A stretch of DNA of 64,000 nucleotides from Eledone cirrhosa. Its lineage: Eukaryota. Positions 35,778 to 49,042 of this stretch are shown here, one piece after another. Numbering within the stretch: the stretch's first letter is position 1; every line of letters starts with the position of its first letter. Made by a program: the position numbers and the translations under genes. The stretch covers positions 4,278,001 through 4,342,000 of the forward strand of contig OZ024752.1 of assembly GCA_964016885.1 (NCBI GenBank). The letters are read 5' to 3'. The notes beneath the pieces are model-generated. The model was given only the letters and a program-made list of their open reading frames with translations. It made no database searches and was not told the origin of the DNA.

Positions 35778-37320
35778 TTGTGTGTGTGTATAGGTGCGAG
35801 AGTGTAGGTGTGTGTGTGTATAGGTGCGAGAGTATAGGTGTGTGTGTGTATATGTGTGTGCGAGAGTGTAGGTGTGTGTGTGTATAGGTGCGAGAGTGTA
35901 GGTGTGTGTGTGTATAGGTGCGAGAGTGTAGGTGTGTGTGTGTATAGGTGCGAGAGTGTAGGTGTGTGTGTGTATAGGTGCGAGAGTGTAGGTGTGTGTG
36001 TGTATATGTGTGTGCGAGAGTGTAGGTGTGTGTGTGTATAGGTGCGAGAGTATAGGTGTGTGTGTGTATAGGTGCGAGAGTATAGGTGTGTGTGTGTATA
36101 GGTGCGAGAGTATAGGTGTGTGTGTGTATAGGTGCGAGAGTGTAGGTGTGTGTGTATAGGTGCGAGAGTGTAGGTGTGTGTGTGTATAGGTGCGAGAGTA
36201 TAGGTGTGTGTGTATAGGTGCGAGAGTGTAGGTGTGTGTGTATAGGTGCGAGAGTGTAGGTGTGTGTGTGTGTATAGGTGCGAGAGTATAGGTGTGTGTG
36301 TGTATAGGTGCGAGAGTATAGGTGTGTGTGTGTATAGGTGCGAGAGTGTAGGTGTGTGTGTATAGGTGCGAGAGTGTAGGTGTGTGTGTGTATATGTGCG
36401 AGAGTGTAGGTGTGTGTGTATAGGTGCGAGAGTATAGGTGTGTGTGTGTATAGGTGCGAGAGTATAGGTGTGTGTGTGTATATGTGTGTGCGAGAGTGTA
36501 GGTGTGTGTGTGTGTATAGGTGCGAGAGTGTAGGTGTGTGTGTGTATAGGTGCGAGAGTGTAGGTGTGTGTGTGTATATGTGTGTGCGAGAGTGTAGGTG
36601 TGTGTGTGTATAGGTGCGAGAGTATAGGTGTGTGTGTGTATAGGTGCGAGAGTGTAGGTGTGTGTGTGTATAGGTGCGAGAGTGTAGGTGTGTGTGTGTA
36701 TAGGTGCGAGAGTGTAGGTGTGTGTGTGTATAGGTGTGCGAGAGTGTAGGTGTGTGTGTGTATAGGTGCGAGAGTATAGGTGTGTGTGTGTATAGGTGTG
36801 TGTGCGAGAGTGTAGGTGTGTGTGTGTATAGGTGTGTGTGCGAGAGTGTAGGTGTGTGTGTGTATAGGTGTGTGTGCGAGAGTGTAGGTGTGTGTGTGTA
36901 TAGGTGTGTGTGCGAGAGTGTAGGTGTGTGTGTATAGGTGTGTGTGCGAGAGTGTAGGTGTGTGTGTATAGGTGTGCGAGTATAGGTGTGTATGTGTGTA
37001 TAGGTGTGTGTGCGAGAGTGTAGGTGTGTGTGTGTATAGGTGTGTGTGCGAGAGTGTAGGTGTGTGTGTGTGTATAGGTGTGAGTGTAGGTGTGTGTGTG
37101 TATAGGTGTGTGTGCGAGAGTGTAGGTGTGTGTGTGTGTGTAGGTGTGTGTGCGAGAGTGTAGGTGTGTGTGTGTGTATAGGTGTGAGTGTAGGTGTGTG
37201 TGTGTATAGGTGTGTGTGCGAGAGTGTAGGTGTGTGTGTGTGTGTAGGTGTGTGTGCGAGAGTGTAGGTGTGTGTGTGTGTATAGGTGTGAGTGTAGGTG
37301 TGTGTGTGTATAGGTGTGTG
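35778..37320. repeat. ~30-34-bp GT-rich minisatellite (tataggtgcgagagtgtaggtgtgtgtgtg)
   Basis: Direct tandem units; the 588 and 519 aa ORFs are artefacts. Confidence 0.97.
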
Positions 37321-37670
37321 GTACAGGCATAACTGTGTGAGTTAAGAGGTTTGAAGTAACATGGCTTCTGGTTCACTCTAGGGGTTAACTCCAGCCCCAG
37401 GATAACTAATACCTTTTCAGTGAATTTAGTAGACAAAAAAAATGTAGCAAGACTGCCTTATATACACACACACTCATATATATATAGATATATGTGCATA
37501 CATACATATACATATGTAGTCCAACCCATGCATGAATGTGAAAGCGAATGTTAAATGATGCTATATATGTGTGTGTGTCTAATCATGTATATATTTGTGT
37601 GTGTGTGTGTGTGTGAACATATATATATATATATATACACACACAGACATATATCTATATTTGTATATGT

Positions 37671-37729
<59 letters not shown>

Positions 37730-37732
<3 letters not shown>

Positions 37733-38544
37733 GCAGTGGTACCCGGCGTTGCATGGGATAAGGTATTTTGGAACGCGGGCCGCCAACAGACCTAATCGTG
37801 GAAAACTGTATGCCTGGACAATATGTAAAGAAAATGAACCGAATACTCTATGGCTGGATAATCTTTAAGATTTTACTCGATGAAGCAGGAAAAATGCAGG
37901 TTTTCACCTAATGCGGGGGCCCTAGGCCATAAGAAAGTTGGATTTTCTTTGCTTACGGTATAAAGAAGAGACTGACTAATACGTAGTTACAATTTCAAGG
38001 AAATCGGTCTGATGTAACGCCTCAAAAAATCCCTAAAAATATTTAAAAAACGCAGTTTTTCACCTAATGCGATAAAAAAGGAGATAAAAAAGTTGAATTT
38101 TATGTGCATAACGCTCTGTGAAACATAAGTAATACACATGTAAAGTTTGAAAAAAATCGGTTGGGTACTTCTCGAGTTTTAGGGATTCAAACACACACAC
38201 ACACACATACACACACACACACATACACACACACACACATATCATGAGGGAAGTGACGTATTGCAGACAGTCAGACATACAGAGAGATATTATAAGGGCG
38301 CGACGTTATATGTATGTATCTATCTAAAAAGAGAAAGACTAAGAATTATAGAGCGAGATCGTTAAATCGCCTAATGCGGTCCCTGGGGCATTGACAATTT
38401 GAAATTCTTTTTGCTCACAACATTCCCTGAAACATAAGTATTCCATGTGTAAAGTTTGAAAACAGTCGGTTGGGTGGTTCTCGAGTTTTAGGGATTCGAA
38501 CTCACAAACACACAGACAGACATCCTCAGTTTTATATATATAGA
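37730..38544 (-). mobile_element. Non-autonomous Helitron-like element
   Basis: Minus strand starts A|TCTATATATATAAAAC (38545/38544) and ends with hairpin cccatgcaacgccggg + taccactgCTA(T)|T; internal subrepeats and (CA)n; no TSD. Confidence 0.75.
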
Positions 38545-38716
38545 TGAGGTAGACCACGAAAAACATGGGCGGAGGTGGTGAGAACAGACCTCAGATCGCT
38601 GAAACTCACCGAGGAGATGACGAAGGACCGTAACAAGTGGAGAGATGCTGTGCTGCATAGGACCCGTCCAACCCTTGCAAGCAGGGAAAAGCGGACGTAA
38701 AATGATGATGATGATT
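38545..38716 (+). mobile_element. RTE 3' end fragment
   Basis: ggtagaccacgaaaaacatgg (GRPRKTW) through the (GAT)n tail; related copies at 40960-41100 and 61545-61870. Confidence 0.8.
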
Positions 38717-38813
38717 ATATATATATATATATAAACATCTATATATATTTATATATATCTATACACACATATATATATTTATATATACACAATATATATA
38801 TATACATATATAC

Positions 38814-38870
<57 letters not shown>

Positions 38871-38904
38871 TAACAAATGGAAACTATATTTATAAAACCA
38901 TATT

Positions 38905-38969
38905 TATTTCATTATACATATTTCAAGGACACCAAAGCAAATTATGGTGCGCTTTCATCAGATAAAATA
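38905..38969 (-). ncRNA. Type-I hammerhead ribozyme (inverted copy)
   Basis: Exact reverse complement of 39098-39162. Confidence 0.75.
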
Positions 38970-39097
38970 TAATATAGATCAGTTTTATAAACAAATATTG
39001 ACATACCCTTAAAGAATGCGACCATGGAGCTTCCAACCGACATGGTCACATTCTTTAAGGGTATGTCAATATTTGTTTATAAAACTGATCTATATTA

Positions 39098-39162
39098 TAT
39101 TTTATCTGATGAAAGCGCACCATAATTTGCTTTGGTGTCCTTGAAATATGTATAATGAAATA
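39098..39162 (+). ncRNA. Type-I minimal hammerhead ribozyme
   Basis: Helix I tattttat/atgaaata; CTGATGA 39106; helix II aag..cacca/tggtg..ctt; GAAA 39143; tatgta loop; TA. Confidence 0.8.
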
Positions 39163-39291
39163 AATATGGTTTTATAAATATAGTTTCCATTTGTTAATAT
39201 ATTGTATTTTTACTCCGAAAATTTGTTGAGTGCTTTATATCAGTTATAAAAATATTTGCTTGTTGTATCCCAACAATTTAAATATAACTTC

Positions 39292-39331
<40 letters not shown>

Positions 39332-39839
39332 AATATACACAAATCTTGTTTCATGTAATGATGATAAAAAAATCTATAATTCTCTTTCTCTTTTACTATT
39401 TCCATATATGCCAAATACACTTGGTCCATGTGTCTATGGTAGATAAAATGAAACTTCCTCCAATTCCCCATCCCCTTCCCCATCCCCACACCTCATCTCC
39501 AGCCTGTTTTTCCAATATCATAACATCATGATCCAATATCCATATTTTGCCATTTACTCTACTTTCATTTTGGTTCAGCTAGCATCACAGACAAAATGTT
39601 GATTTAGGAATCAGTTCACTTCTGTTGTTGTTGTTTAGCCCCAGGTCAGCCCTGACTCACTAGACATTTGATCAAAGGAATTCCGTTTATGACATATATA
39701 TTTATTGTTTTTGTTTTTTTCTTAAACATATTGTAAATTGGACTACATTTTTCAATATATTCCTCCCTACAAGATGGCATGCTGCAATAAGAGGAAGATT
39801 TGACAGTAATTTCTAGCAAATTGAGTTTAATAATAATAA

Positions 39840-40028
39840 TAATTGTTTCTACTTTAGGCACAAGGCCAGCAATTACCCAGTACATTACTGGTACTTTATT
39901 TTATCGACCCCGTAAGGATGAAAGGCAAAGTCAACCTCGGCGGGATTTGAACTCAGACTGAAAAGGGACGTAACTATGCTAGAAAACATGGCGTCCGACC
40001 CTCTACCGATACTGCCAATCCACCGCCC
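39840..40028 (-). mobile_element. tRNA-SINE family A, full length, near consensus
   Basis: ggcggtggattggcagtatcggtagagg head; B-box gagttcaaatccc; (ATT)n tail. Confidence 0.93.
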
Positions 40029-40034
40029 TTATAT

Positions 40035-40255
40035 AATAATGAAATATTGTGTACAGTGCTCGGGTGCACTACAACTCATCAAAAAGTGTATGTATAGTAC
40101 ATAGGGTAATGTACAAACGTCAGGAAAATGAACAGTGCATGAGTCATGATATACACGTGTGCATGTGTATGGAAGGGGTACATCAGGTGTTGTTTTGACG
40201 TATTTCGGGAAGCATGAGTGTTTTAAAGGATGCAGTGTCTCGGCAGCTAACAACT
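40035..40255 (-). mobile_element. CR1 LINE 3' end (unexpanded copy)
   Basis: Reverse complement matches 14975-15130. Confidence 0.8.
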
Positions 40256-40647
40256 GCTAATAACTGAGTTATGACATAGCAGCTTCCACATTGGCTTATG
40301 TACCATGTTGTTAATACTGTTGTTTAGCCTCATATTCAGACCTATCATTAAAGCATTTCAGCTATGACCATCCTCCCTTAATCTTGGAACATTGTAAACC
40401 TAGGCTTACATTATTCAATGTGCCCTTTCATTTTGAAGGTGTATGGTGTAATTTCAAAGCTATTTAGTTGCTACTTTTAACAGATTGATTGATCATGCAG
40501 AGGATCTAGATTTTTATGATGTAAAAAGAAAAGTTTATAGAGATAACCCCAATAATTGATTATATATACCTTTTCTTTTACTAAATACCTACAGAAATAA
40601 ACCTCTTTCTATCTTGTTGGTAGAATGATACAACATGGAATTTTTAA

Positions 40648-40885
40648 CCCTTTAACATTTACATTACTCTATATATACTATTATATGTTTGTGGTAAAGG
40701 CTTTATCTACATAATTTCTCACATAATATCGAATCTATGAGATTTTTAATATTATTTAATTGGCTACTCATACTGATGTTAAGGTATTGTTCTCAATTAC
40801 CTTAACATCAGTATGAGTAGCCAATTGGAGCCAGTTTGAACAGTGAGGATTCTGGCCAGATATGGCCGGCTTAAATGCTAAAGGG
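40648..40885. mobile_element. TTAA-specific (piggyBac-type) MITE
   Basis: TIR ccctttaacattta / taaatgctaaaggg (13/14); TTAA at 40644 and 40886; relatives at 46730-46845 and 48440-48656. Confidence 0.85.
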
Positions 40886-41202
40886 TTAAATATATTTTGA
40901 GATAGGATAGAATTAACTATGGATTATAACCAATCTTAATTTCCAAGATCAAGAGGTTGAGAGAGTTGACCTCAAATCACTAAGACTGACAGAGATGAGG
41001 AAGAAATGCAACGAGTGGAGAGATGCTGTGCTGAGAAAGATCTGTCCAGCCCATGCAAGCAGGGAAAAGTGGGCGTAAAAACAATGATGAGAATGATGAA
41101 TAAGGATTTTCATGATTTGGGTAATTTTGTGATGTAGAAAACATTCATATATATTTTGTTGGTTGTGAGAACCTTCCTGATCAGTTGAGTATCTGACAAG
41201 TT

Positions 41203-41530
41203 CTCTAGTGCTGGTGCCACTATCATTCACACTGAGACAATGTATGGTAGAGAGTTCTCTAGTGCTGGTGCCACTATCATTCACACTGAGACAATGTATG
41301 GTAGAGAGTTCTCTAGTGCTGGTGCCACTATCATTCACACTGAGACAATGTATGGTAGAGAGAACTCTAGTGCTGGTGCCACTATCATTCACACTGAGAC
41401 AATGTATGGTAGAGAGAACTCTAGTGCTGGTGCCACTATCATTCACACTGAGACAATGTATGGTAGAGAGAACTCTAGTGCTGGTGCCACTATCATTCAC
41501 ACTGAGACAATGTATGGTAGAGAGAACTCT
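41203..41530. repeat. 54-bp tandem repeat, 6 copies
   Basis: ctctagtgctggtgccactatcattcacactgagacaatgtatggtagagag(tt/aa). Confidence 0.95.
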
Positions 41531-41579
41531 TCTTTCTGGTCAAGTATTTCACAATGACTCTAGTACTGGTGACACAATA

Positions 41580-41960
41580 AACTCCACCACCACCACTACT
41601 ACTACTACTACAGAACTATAGCTCCCACTACTTCATTCTCCACCTCCCACATCACTACATCTACCAACATTATCACATCACTACAGCCTCCACCACTACC
41701 ACTACATCACTACAGCCTCCACCACTACTACCACCATTACCACCACCACCACAACTACTACCACCACTATCACCACCACCACTACTACTACCACCACTGC
41801 CACCACTACCACCACCACCACTACTACTACCACCACTACCACCACCAGCACCACCACCACCACTACTACTACCACTATCACCACCACCCCTACTACCACC
41901 ACCACCACTACCACCACCACTACCACCACTACTACCATCACCACACCACCACCACCACAA
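41580..41960. repeat. (ACC/ACT)n microsatellite
   Basis: Direct reading. Confidence 0.9.
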
Positions 41961-42049
41961 CTGTCCACCAGATTTTTTCACTTTCCATATTAAATCATCC
42001 AATATCTGCTCACTTCCTGTGTTCACTCTTTACTCTTCTACCTATAATG

Positions 42050-42133
<84 letters not shown>

Positions 42134-42140
42134 CTATATA

Positions 42141-43068
42141 TCGGGCTTCTTTGGTGAGAAGATCCATCTGCTGCCAACACCATTCCAACGGAGGGCTGGG
42201 GATGCCGTGGCTGACGATGTGCAAACATGCGCTCGGAGAAATTTTGGGCATAGAGGAAGACGAACTGGCCAGTCTGTTCGGTAGGACCTTCCACCCGGGA
42301 CCGATGGACAACTTCCAGAAGTCCCTGGCCTGGCAGTGCTACCGAGGAGCTCTACCAGTTCGAGACAAGCTCTACAGACATGGGTACCCAGGTAGGGACC
42401 CTTCGAAAAAGATCTGTCCAAGATGCGTGCGAGACGAAGAAACCGTCGCGCACACATTCATACACTGCCCGGGCGTTACCGACCTGTGGGGCTATGTAGA
42501 ACGACTATTGTCGCGGGTGGGACCAATCCAGTTGACCACCGAGTCCATTGTCATGATCGAACCGCCACCCGCCTTCAAAAACGAAGGAGAGGCGGTTTTC
42601 CTTTGTGTTATGGCTATGGCGAAAGAGGTTGTATGGTTGACAAGGTTGAAAAGGCTGACGTTGGACACCTTTCTCTCCGGCCAACAACTGATTCTATTTT
42701 TCAAATACCACTTTGGAAGAAGAATCAGGATGGAGAGAGAGGTGCTGTACCCCAGCAAGTTTTATGAAAGGTGGGTGAAAGTGGCAAGAATGGCCCGAGT
42801 GAATGGGCCTTCTCTCTATATCAGCCTGTAGGTTGAGGAAAAAGAGGAAGAGAGGAAGGGGGTACTCACTCTTCGTACTCCTGGAGATGAGGGTTGCACA
42901 TTTTTTCGGGGGTATTTGTTACCCATATGTAATGTCTCTCCCTATTGGGGAAAATCGATTAATTTTTCAATTGCATTTGTGATAGCATTTTACACGTTTT
43001 TATTGTATGTAAACTTCCGCCTTTGTATTTGTCCCCTTCTTTTGTGCCCCTGTGGCTAATAAACAAAC
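42141..43068 (+). mobile_element. Tx1/L1-clade non-LTR retrotransposon 3' fragment in (TATC)n
   Basis: GGLGMP motif, WQCYRGALPVRDKL, CCHC zf-RVT knuckle CPRC..EETVAHTFIHC, stop at 42831, 3'UTR with AATAAA at 43058; (TATC)n on both sides. Confidence 0.9.
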
Positions 43069-43127
43069 ATATCTATCTCTCTCTCTCTCTATCTATCTCT
43101 CTATCTCTATATATCTATCTCTCTATC

Positions 43128-43158
<31 letters not shown>

Positions 43159-43850
43159 CTCCGATGCCCTGGTGGCAAATAAATAGAAAGTTATCTATCT
43201 ATCTCTCCATCTATCTATTCAACTCTCTCTCTCTCTCTCTCTCTACCTCTACATCTCTATCTATCTATATACTCTCTCTCCATCTATCTATTCATCTCTC
43301 TCTATCTATCTCTCTCACTCTCTATCTCTCTCATTCTCTCTACCTACCTGTTCATCTCTCTCTCTCTCTACCTACCTGTTCATCTCTCTCTCTCTCTCTA
43401 CCTACCTGTTCATCTCTCTCTCTCTCTCTACCTACCTGTTCATCTCTCTCTCTCTCTCTACCTACCTGTTCATCTCTCTCTCTCTCTACCTACCTGTTCA
43501 TCTCTCTCTATCTCTCTCTCTCGTCCTTTAAGCCTTACTCCCTTAAACTCTATACTCCTCTTTGCCCTATAAGTATTCCCATTTACCCATCCACTTCTCT
43601 GTATCCAGCTATCCTCACCCTTAAAAACCTTTACTTCTCTTTGCTCTATAAGTATCTCCATCTAACCCTCCCCCTCTCTCTATCTCTCTATACTCACCCT
43701 TTAAACCTTATTCTCTTAAAGCCTCCATTCCTCTTCAATAAGCCCCACAATTTATCTCCCTTCCTGCTGCTCTCCAATTATGATCAAAAATTAATTATTC
43801 AATAACCTGCTTCCTCCTAATCATTTCTTTTCTATTATTCTTCAATACAG

Positions 43851-44380
<530 letters not shown>

Positions 44381-47024
44381 TGTAGCTAGTTAGATATATA
44401 GATATCATTCTCTCTATTTCTCAGTTGATGGAAATTCTTCCACTCACTACTTCACACACATGAGGACCCTACTTTCCTTTTCTCTCTCTCTTCTTCAAAT
44501 TCCCACTCTCTCTATATATCCCTCTCCCCCTCTCTCTCTCTCCCTCTATCTCCCCCTCTCTCTATATCACTCTATATCACTCCCTCCATCCCTCTCTCTA
44601 TATATATATCTCTATCTATCTATCTCTCTATCTATCTATCTCCATCTTGTTATTATTGCTCATAGCCCACTGATTTCTGTTCATTACAGTATAAAATATT
44701 TATGGCTTAATGTTCTCAAATCAACATTTATCTCACCTTCCTCCCTTCCACCTTTCTTTTTCCCGTTTTTCCCTAATTTGGTTTCATTTTAAGAATTCAA
44801 AATGTCCTCCCGGTAGTAGGGGGAGGGGGAAGGAGAAAATAGGATTGCGTTGTAATTCAAATAAATATTCTTGCTTGATAAACAAATTCAAAATATTTTT
44901 TATTTTTTATTTTATCCAACAAATAAACAAATAATTTAAAAAATAAAACAAAATACAATACATAAATATATATAATAAAATAAAATAAATACAATAAATA
45001 TATATATATAAAGTAATAATAAATATATATATAATAAAATACAATACGTAAATATATATAATAAAATAAAATAAATACAATAAATATATATATATATATA
45101 TATAAAGTAATAATAAATATATATATATATAATAAAATAAAATACAATTCATATATATATATATAATAGAATACAATAAGATAAAATATAATAAATAAAT
45201 ATATATATGATGAAATATAACAAAATAAAACCATTTTGCAGAGTTTATTTGAATGGATTTATTCTTTTAGTAATTCCCTGGAATTTCAATCTTTGAGTTG
45301 ACTGGCAAATTCTGTGAGGTGCAACAGAAAGGAAAGATAACTCAGAGATTAATCTCGAGGGAGATAAATGTGATGTTGTTTAGTTTCAGGTTAGCCCTGA
45401 TCAAGAAGATATATGATCAGAGTTTAGTTATTCTGACCTTGGTCATTATATTTTTGTTTTGTTTATATTAGCTTTGTTTTCTTTTTTCTTCTTTTTTCTT
45501 TTTTGTATATCCAGTATTACCTGCAGTCCAAAGCGACCTTTCTGTTTTAAGGCTAGGTTGTTATTTGAATGTATTTAGCTGCTATTTCTAACAAGCTGAG
45601 CAACCATGTAGTGGTCCCCTCATTGACATGTTGGCTGCATTTGAACAATATTGATGCAGTGTTGTTTTTGTTTTGTTTCAGATCAGCAAACCTTGTTTTT
45701 GATTAAGCAAACCTTTGTCTGTGGGGCACAGCCGCAACACCACTGTGCCCTAGCCCTAGAGCCCACCACCCTCCCTCTTCCCCATTCTTCTGTGACCCTA
45801 GAGCCATTTGCCTACCTTCATTTTCCGTTTTTAAATATCTGTAGTGTTATTTGAAATAGATTTATTTACGATTTTTAAAATTTTTATTAATAAAACTTAT
45901 TTAAAGGTATTCTAGCTGTGATTTACCCATCTCTTTGTCCAGGATGGCAAGATGTGATTTGAGAGATTTAGGGTTGCTATCTAGCAGATCGAACAGCCAC
46001 CTCCCTGACATAAATGAGATGGGTTCCTATTAAGTTTAATTTGTTTTGTGTTTTATCCCCTTCAAACTCTATCTTTCATCTTTAATACACAAATTTCTTC
46101 CCATCCATAATCTACACCACCATATTCTACACCCTATTATTCTACACCCTTCAGTTCTACACACACTGTATGCTCTAGTTTTTCTTCATAATCCAGATTC
46201 TTTCATTTACTGATTTCATTCACACCAATGTCTCCTTTACATATGCTCTATCATTCTTATCAAGATGTCTTCACACCAATGTCTCCTTTACATATGCTCT
46301 ATCATTCTTATCAAGATGTCTTGTCAGACAAGGTCATGTTTGTGCTGCTCTACTGAGATTTGGTGTTCTGTGATGTACGATCATGTGTTGAGATGTTGTT
46401 GTTTATTCTCAGATCAACCTTAATCAAGCTGATCCGTGATCAAAGATATTCTTCTTACGACCTCCTGTCCTTCTTTTGGGTATTGTATATTTGTCATTGA
46501 TAGTGAACCCTTTTGGGCCATGTCAAAATTTCAATTTTATTTTTTAATGATCCTCTTACTAGAGATTCCTTAACATGTGTTTTAGTTTTAGTTAAATGTT
46601 TATAGATAAGCAGCCTATTTTTCTAATATATTTAGAAAAGTGTGGTATAAGATATTACTTGAAATCTTGAAGTATTCGTGAAAAACCAGTATAATGAAAT
46701 AAAATGAAAGCATTTACTTTGACACATCAAACTGGCCATAATCATACTGATGTTAAGGTATTGTTCTCAAAATAAATATTATCAAAATCTCTTCACTGTG
46801 AAAATACAATAGTAAATATCGAGTAATGTAAATACTAAAGAGTTAAATCAACCCCAGTGCATTACTAGTACTTTATTTAATTGATCTCGTAAGGTTAATA
46901 CACAGGTTTACTGTTCTGTTGTTGCCTCTCAGTAAGTTGTATCACTTCCAAAATATTGAACTGAAGAAATGTAGAAGGGGAAAGAAATTTGTCCCTAATT
47001 AAACTTGAAGAACTAGGGTGTAGA

Positions 47025-47156
47025 CAGTGCCGGATTTAGTTATGGGCCCCCGTACTTGGGCCCTGAAGGAGGTAAAAGAAAATTTTGCCAGGAAGATGGC
47101 CCCCTTCCCTGGCCAACGGGGCGCTGTGCCTAAGCACACCGTTCAATCTGGCACTG
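47025..47156. mobile_element. GC-rich hAT MITE
   Basis: TIRs cagtgccggatt / aatctggcactg; 8-bp TSD ggtgtaga/ggtgtagt (7/8 match). Confidence 0.88.
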
Positions 47157-48439
47157 GGTGTAGTGTGTGAGCAGCTATAAGGAATCTGAAACTTGTTATT
47201 TTTAAGCATTCAAGGCTGTCAAATAAAGGATCTATGTACAAAGTATCCTGTTATGTAACACATCACATTGCATTCTTGAACTGTTCATTATATCAAACTC
47301 CGACACTGCTGTATTTAGTGCTGGAAATAGACTTAGTGAAGATTCTCTTAGAACATTATTAATGCTTCACATCTAAAAGTGAGTTGTTCAACTTTTTGTT
47401 CTACATATTATTTAGTTCCAAATGACAGACCATACTCTAATCACTTTGCCTTAGAAGTAACTTCAAAGGAAAAATGGTATTGACATTGGAGCTGGACAAC
47501 ATTCCCGCACTAGGGCTACAGAGATAATTAATCACATAATTATTAATATGAAAATGAAAATTTGCCAGCATATCAAGCAGAAAAATGGCAAAATGTCTGT
47601 TCTCATTGATGAATCCACAATCCCAAGCATTAAGACCACCCCAATAGTTTATTTGAAATGGGGAGGTGATAAGGAAGGTGATCCCTATTTTATGTTTTTA
47701 GACCTAAGTGAACCTCCTGATCAGAAAGCTGCAACTAATTGTAAGCATCTACTGAACTGTGTCATTGAGTGAGAGTTTTATAATGCTAGATAATTACTTG
47801 AAACAGAACCTTTTAGTGAGTATAATGCTTGCTATCAAATCTGGTTGTTGTAACAATTCTCAAGGAACATTACAAGGGTGTGGTTATTTGGTACTATCTT
47901 AATCACAGATTAGAAATTGTTGTAGGGGATTCGATGAAAGAAGATGATGGATTAATAATTTTCTATAATCTATCGGATAAATTATACTGCGTATTTAATA
48001 ACCTGTCATCAAAAGAAGTTGTTTGAATAGGACTCTTAACTTGAATAAGAAATTTCCAAAATAAGCCATATTCTGAATACCATGTGAGTAGCTGGATCAT
48101 TTCAAATGTTTTCAGCAGTGTATAAAATTATTTAGCACTATATTTCTATTTTGATAAAGCATTGAAGAATGAAAAACAAGATCTGAGAGTGACAGGAAGA
48201 TGCATGGAAGTCTGTTGAAAAGGCGTTCTCCCAAAAATTTCTATTAGATTTAGGCCTAATATATGACATGTGGTATGAAATTGGTTTACTGTCAATATTT
48301 ACAAAAAATGTTTTACTGCAATAGTGTACACACAGAGATTAGTCCAATAAAGCATTATGTTGACTGAAAGAGCAGCTTGGTACAAAGATGATAACTTAAG
48401 AAGCTCAAGAAGCAATAAAAAAAATTTTGAAAAATTGCC

Positions 48440-48656
48440 TTAACTCTTTACTTTATATTTACTATTGTATTTTAACAGTAAAGGCTTTAACTCACATAAT
48501 TATCTCACAAAATATTGAATCTACAAGATTTTGATATTGTTTATTTTGAGAACAATACCTCGACATAACTATGAGCAGCCAGTTACGACTGGTTTGAACA
48601 GAAAGAAGTGAGAGAATTCTGGTTGGATACAGCCAGTTTAAATGCTAAAGGCTTAA
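48440..48656. mobile_element. TTAA MITE nested in the hAT fossil
   Basis: Homologous to 40644-40889; TTAA at both ends. Confidence 0.75.
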
Positions 48657-48914
48657 CAAGCAACAATATATTTGTCTCTAATAATTATCTTTAATTTCTT
48701 ACTAGTCTTATAAACAATTTGCATCACTGTATGGTTAGGACAACATACTGGAAAGATTCTCAACCTTGTGAAATGTAAAATATATATAAATCCCTGATAA
48801 ATAAAATATTTGTCTTTAATAAATGCTACTGGTCTGGAGAAATACTACTTATGGAAAAGCCATAAAATCCTTTTTGTAAAAGGTTTAATCGTTTTTTTTC
48901 CCTTTATAATAAAT

Positions 48915-49042
48915 CTTCTTCTTTGCCCACTTATTCCCGAGAGGGTCATGGGGCCTGAGTCCTGAAACACTCCTTCCAGTGGGTCTTGTCAGAAGCAACC
49001 ATCACCAACTAATCTAGCTGGATCTTCAAGTGATCTCCTAAA
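48915..49042 (-). mobile_element. Short RTE 3' end nested in the hAT fossil
   Basis: Reverse match to 4330-4465; 15-bp TSD ccctttataataaat at 48900 and 49043. Confidence 0.8.

Larger units (their letters stand above)
38864..39245. mobile_element. (TA)n-adjacent fold-back element with a hammerhead in each arm
   Basis: 163-bp arms 38864-39026 / 39041-39203 with one visible mismatch and a 14-nt loop; tail ttgagtgctt at 39226. Confidence 0.85.
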
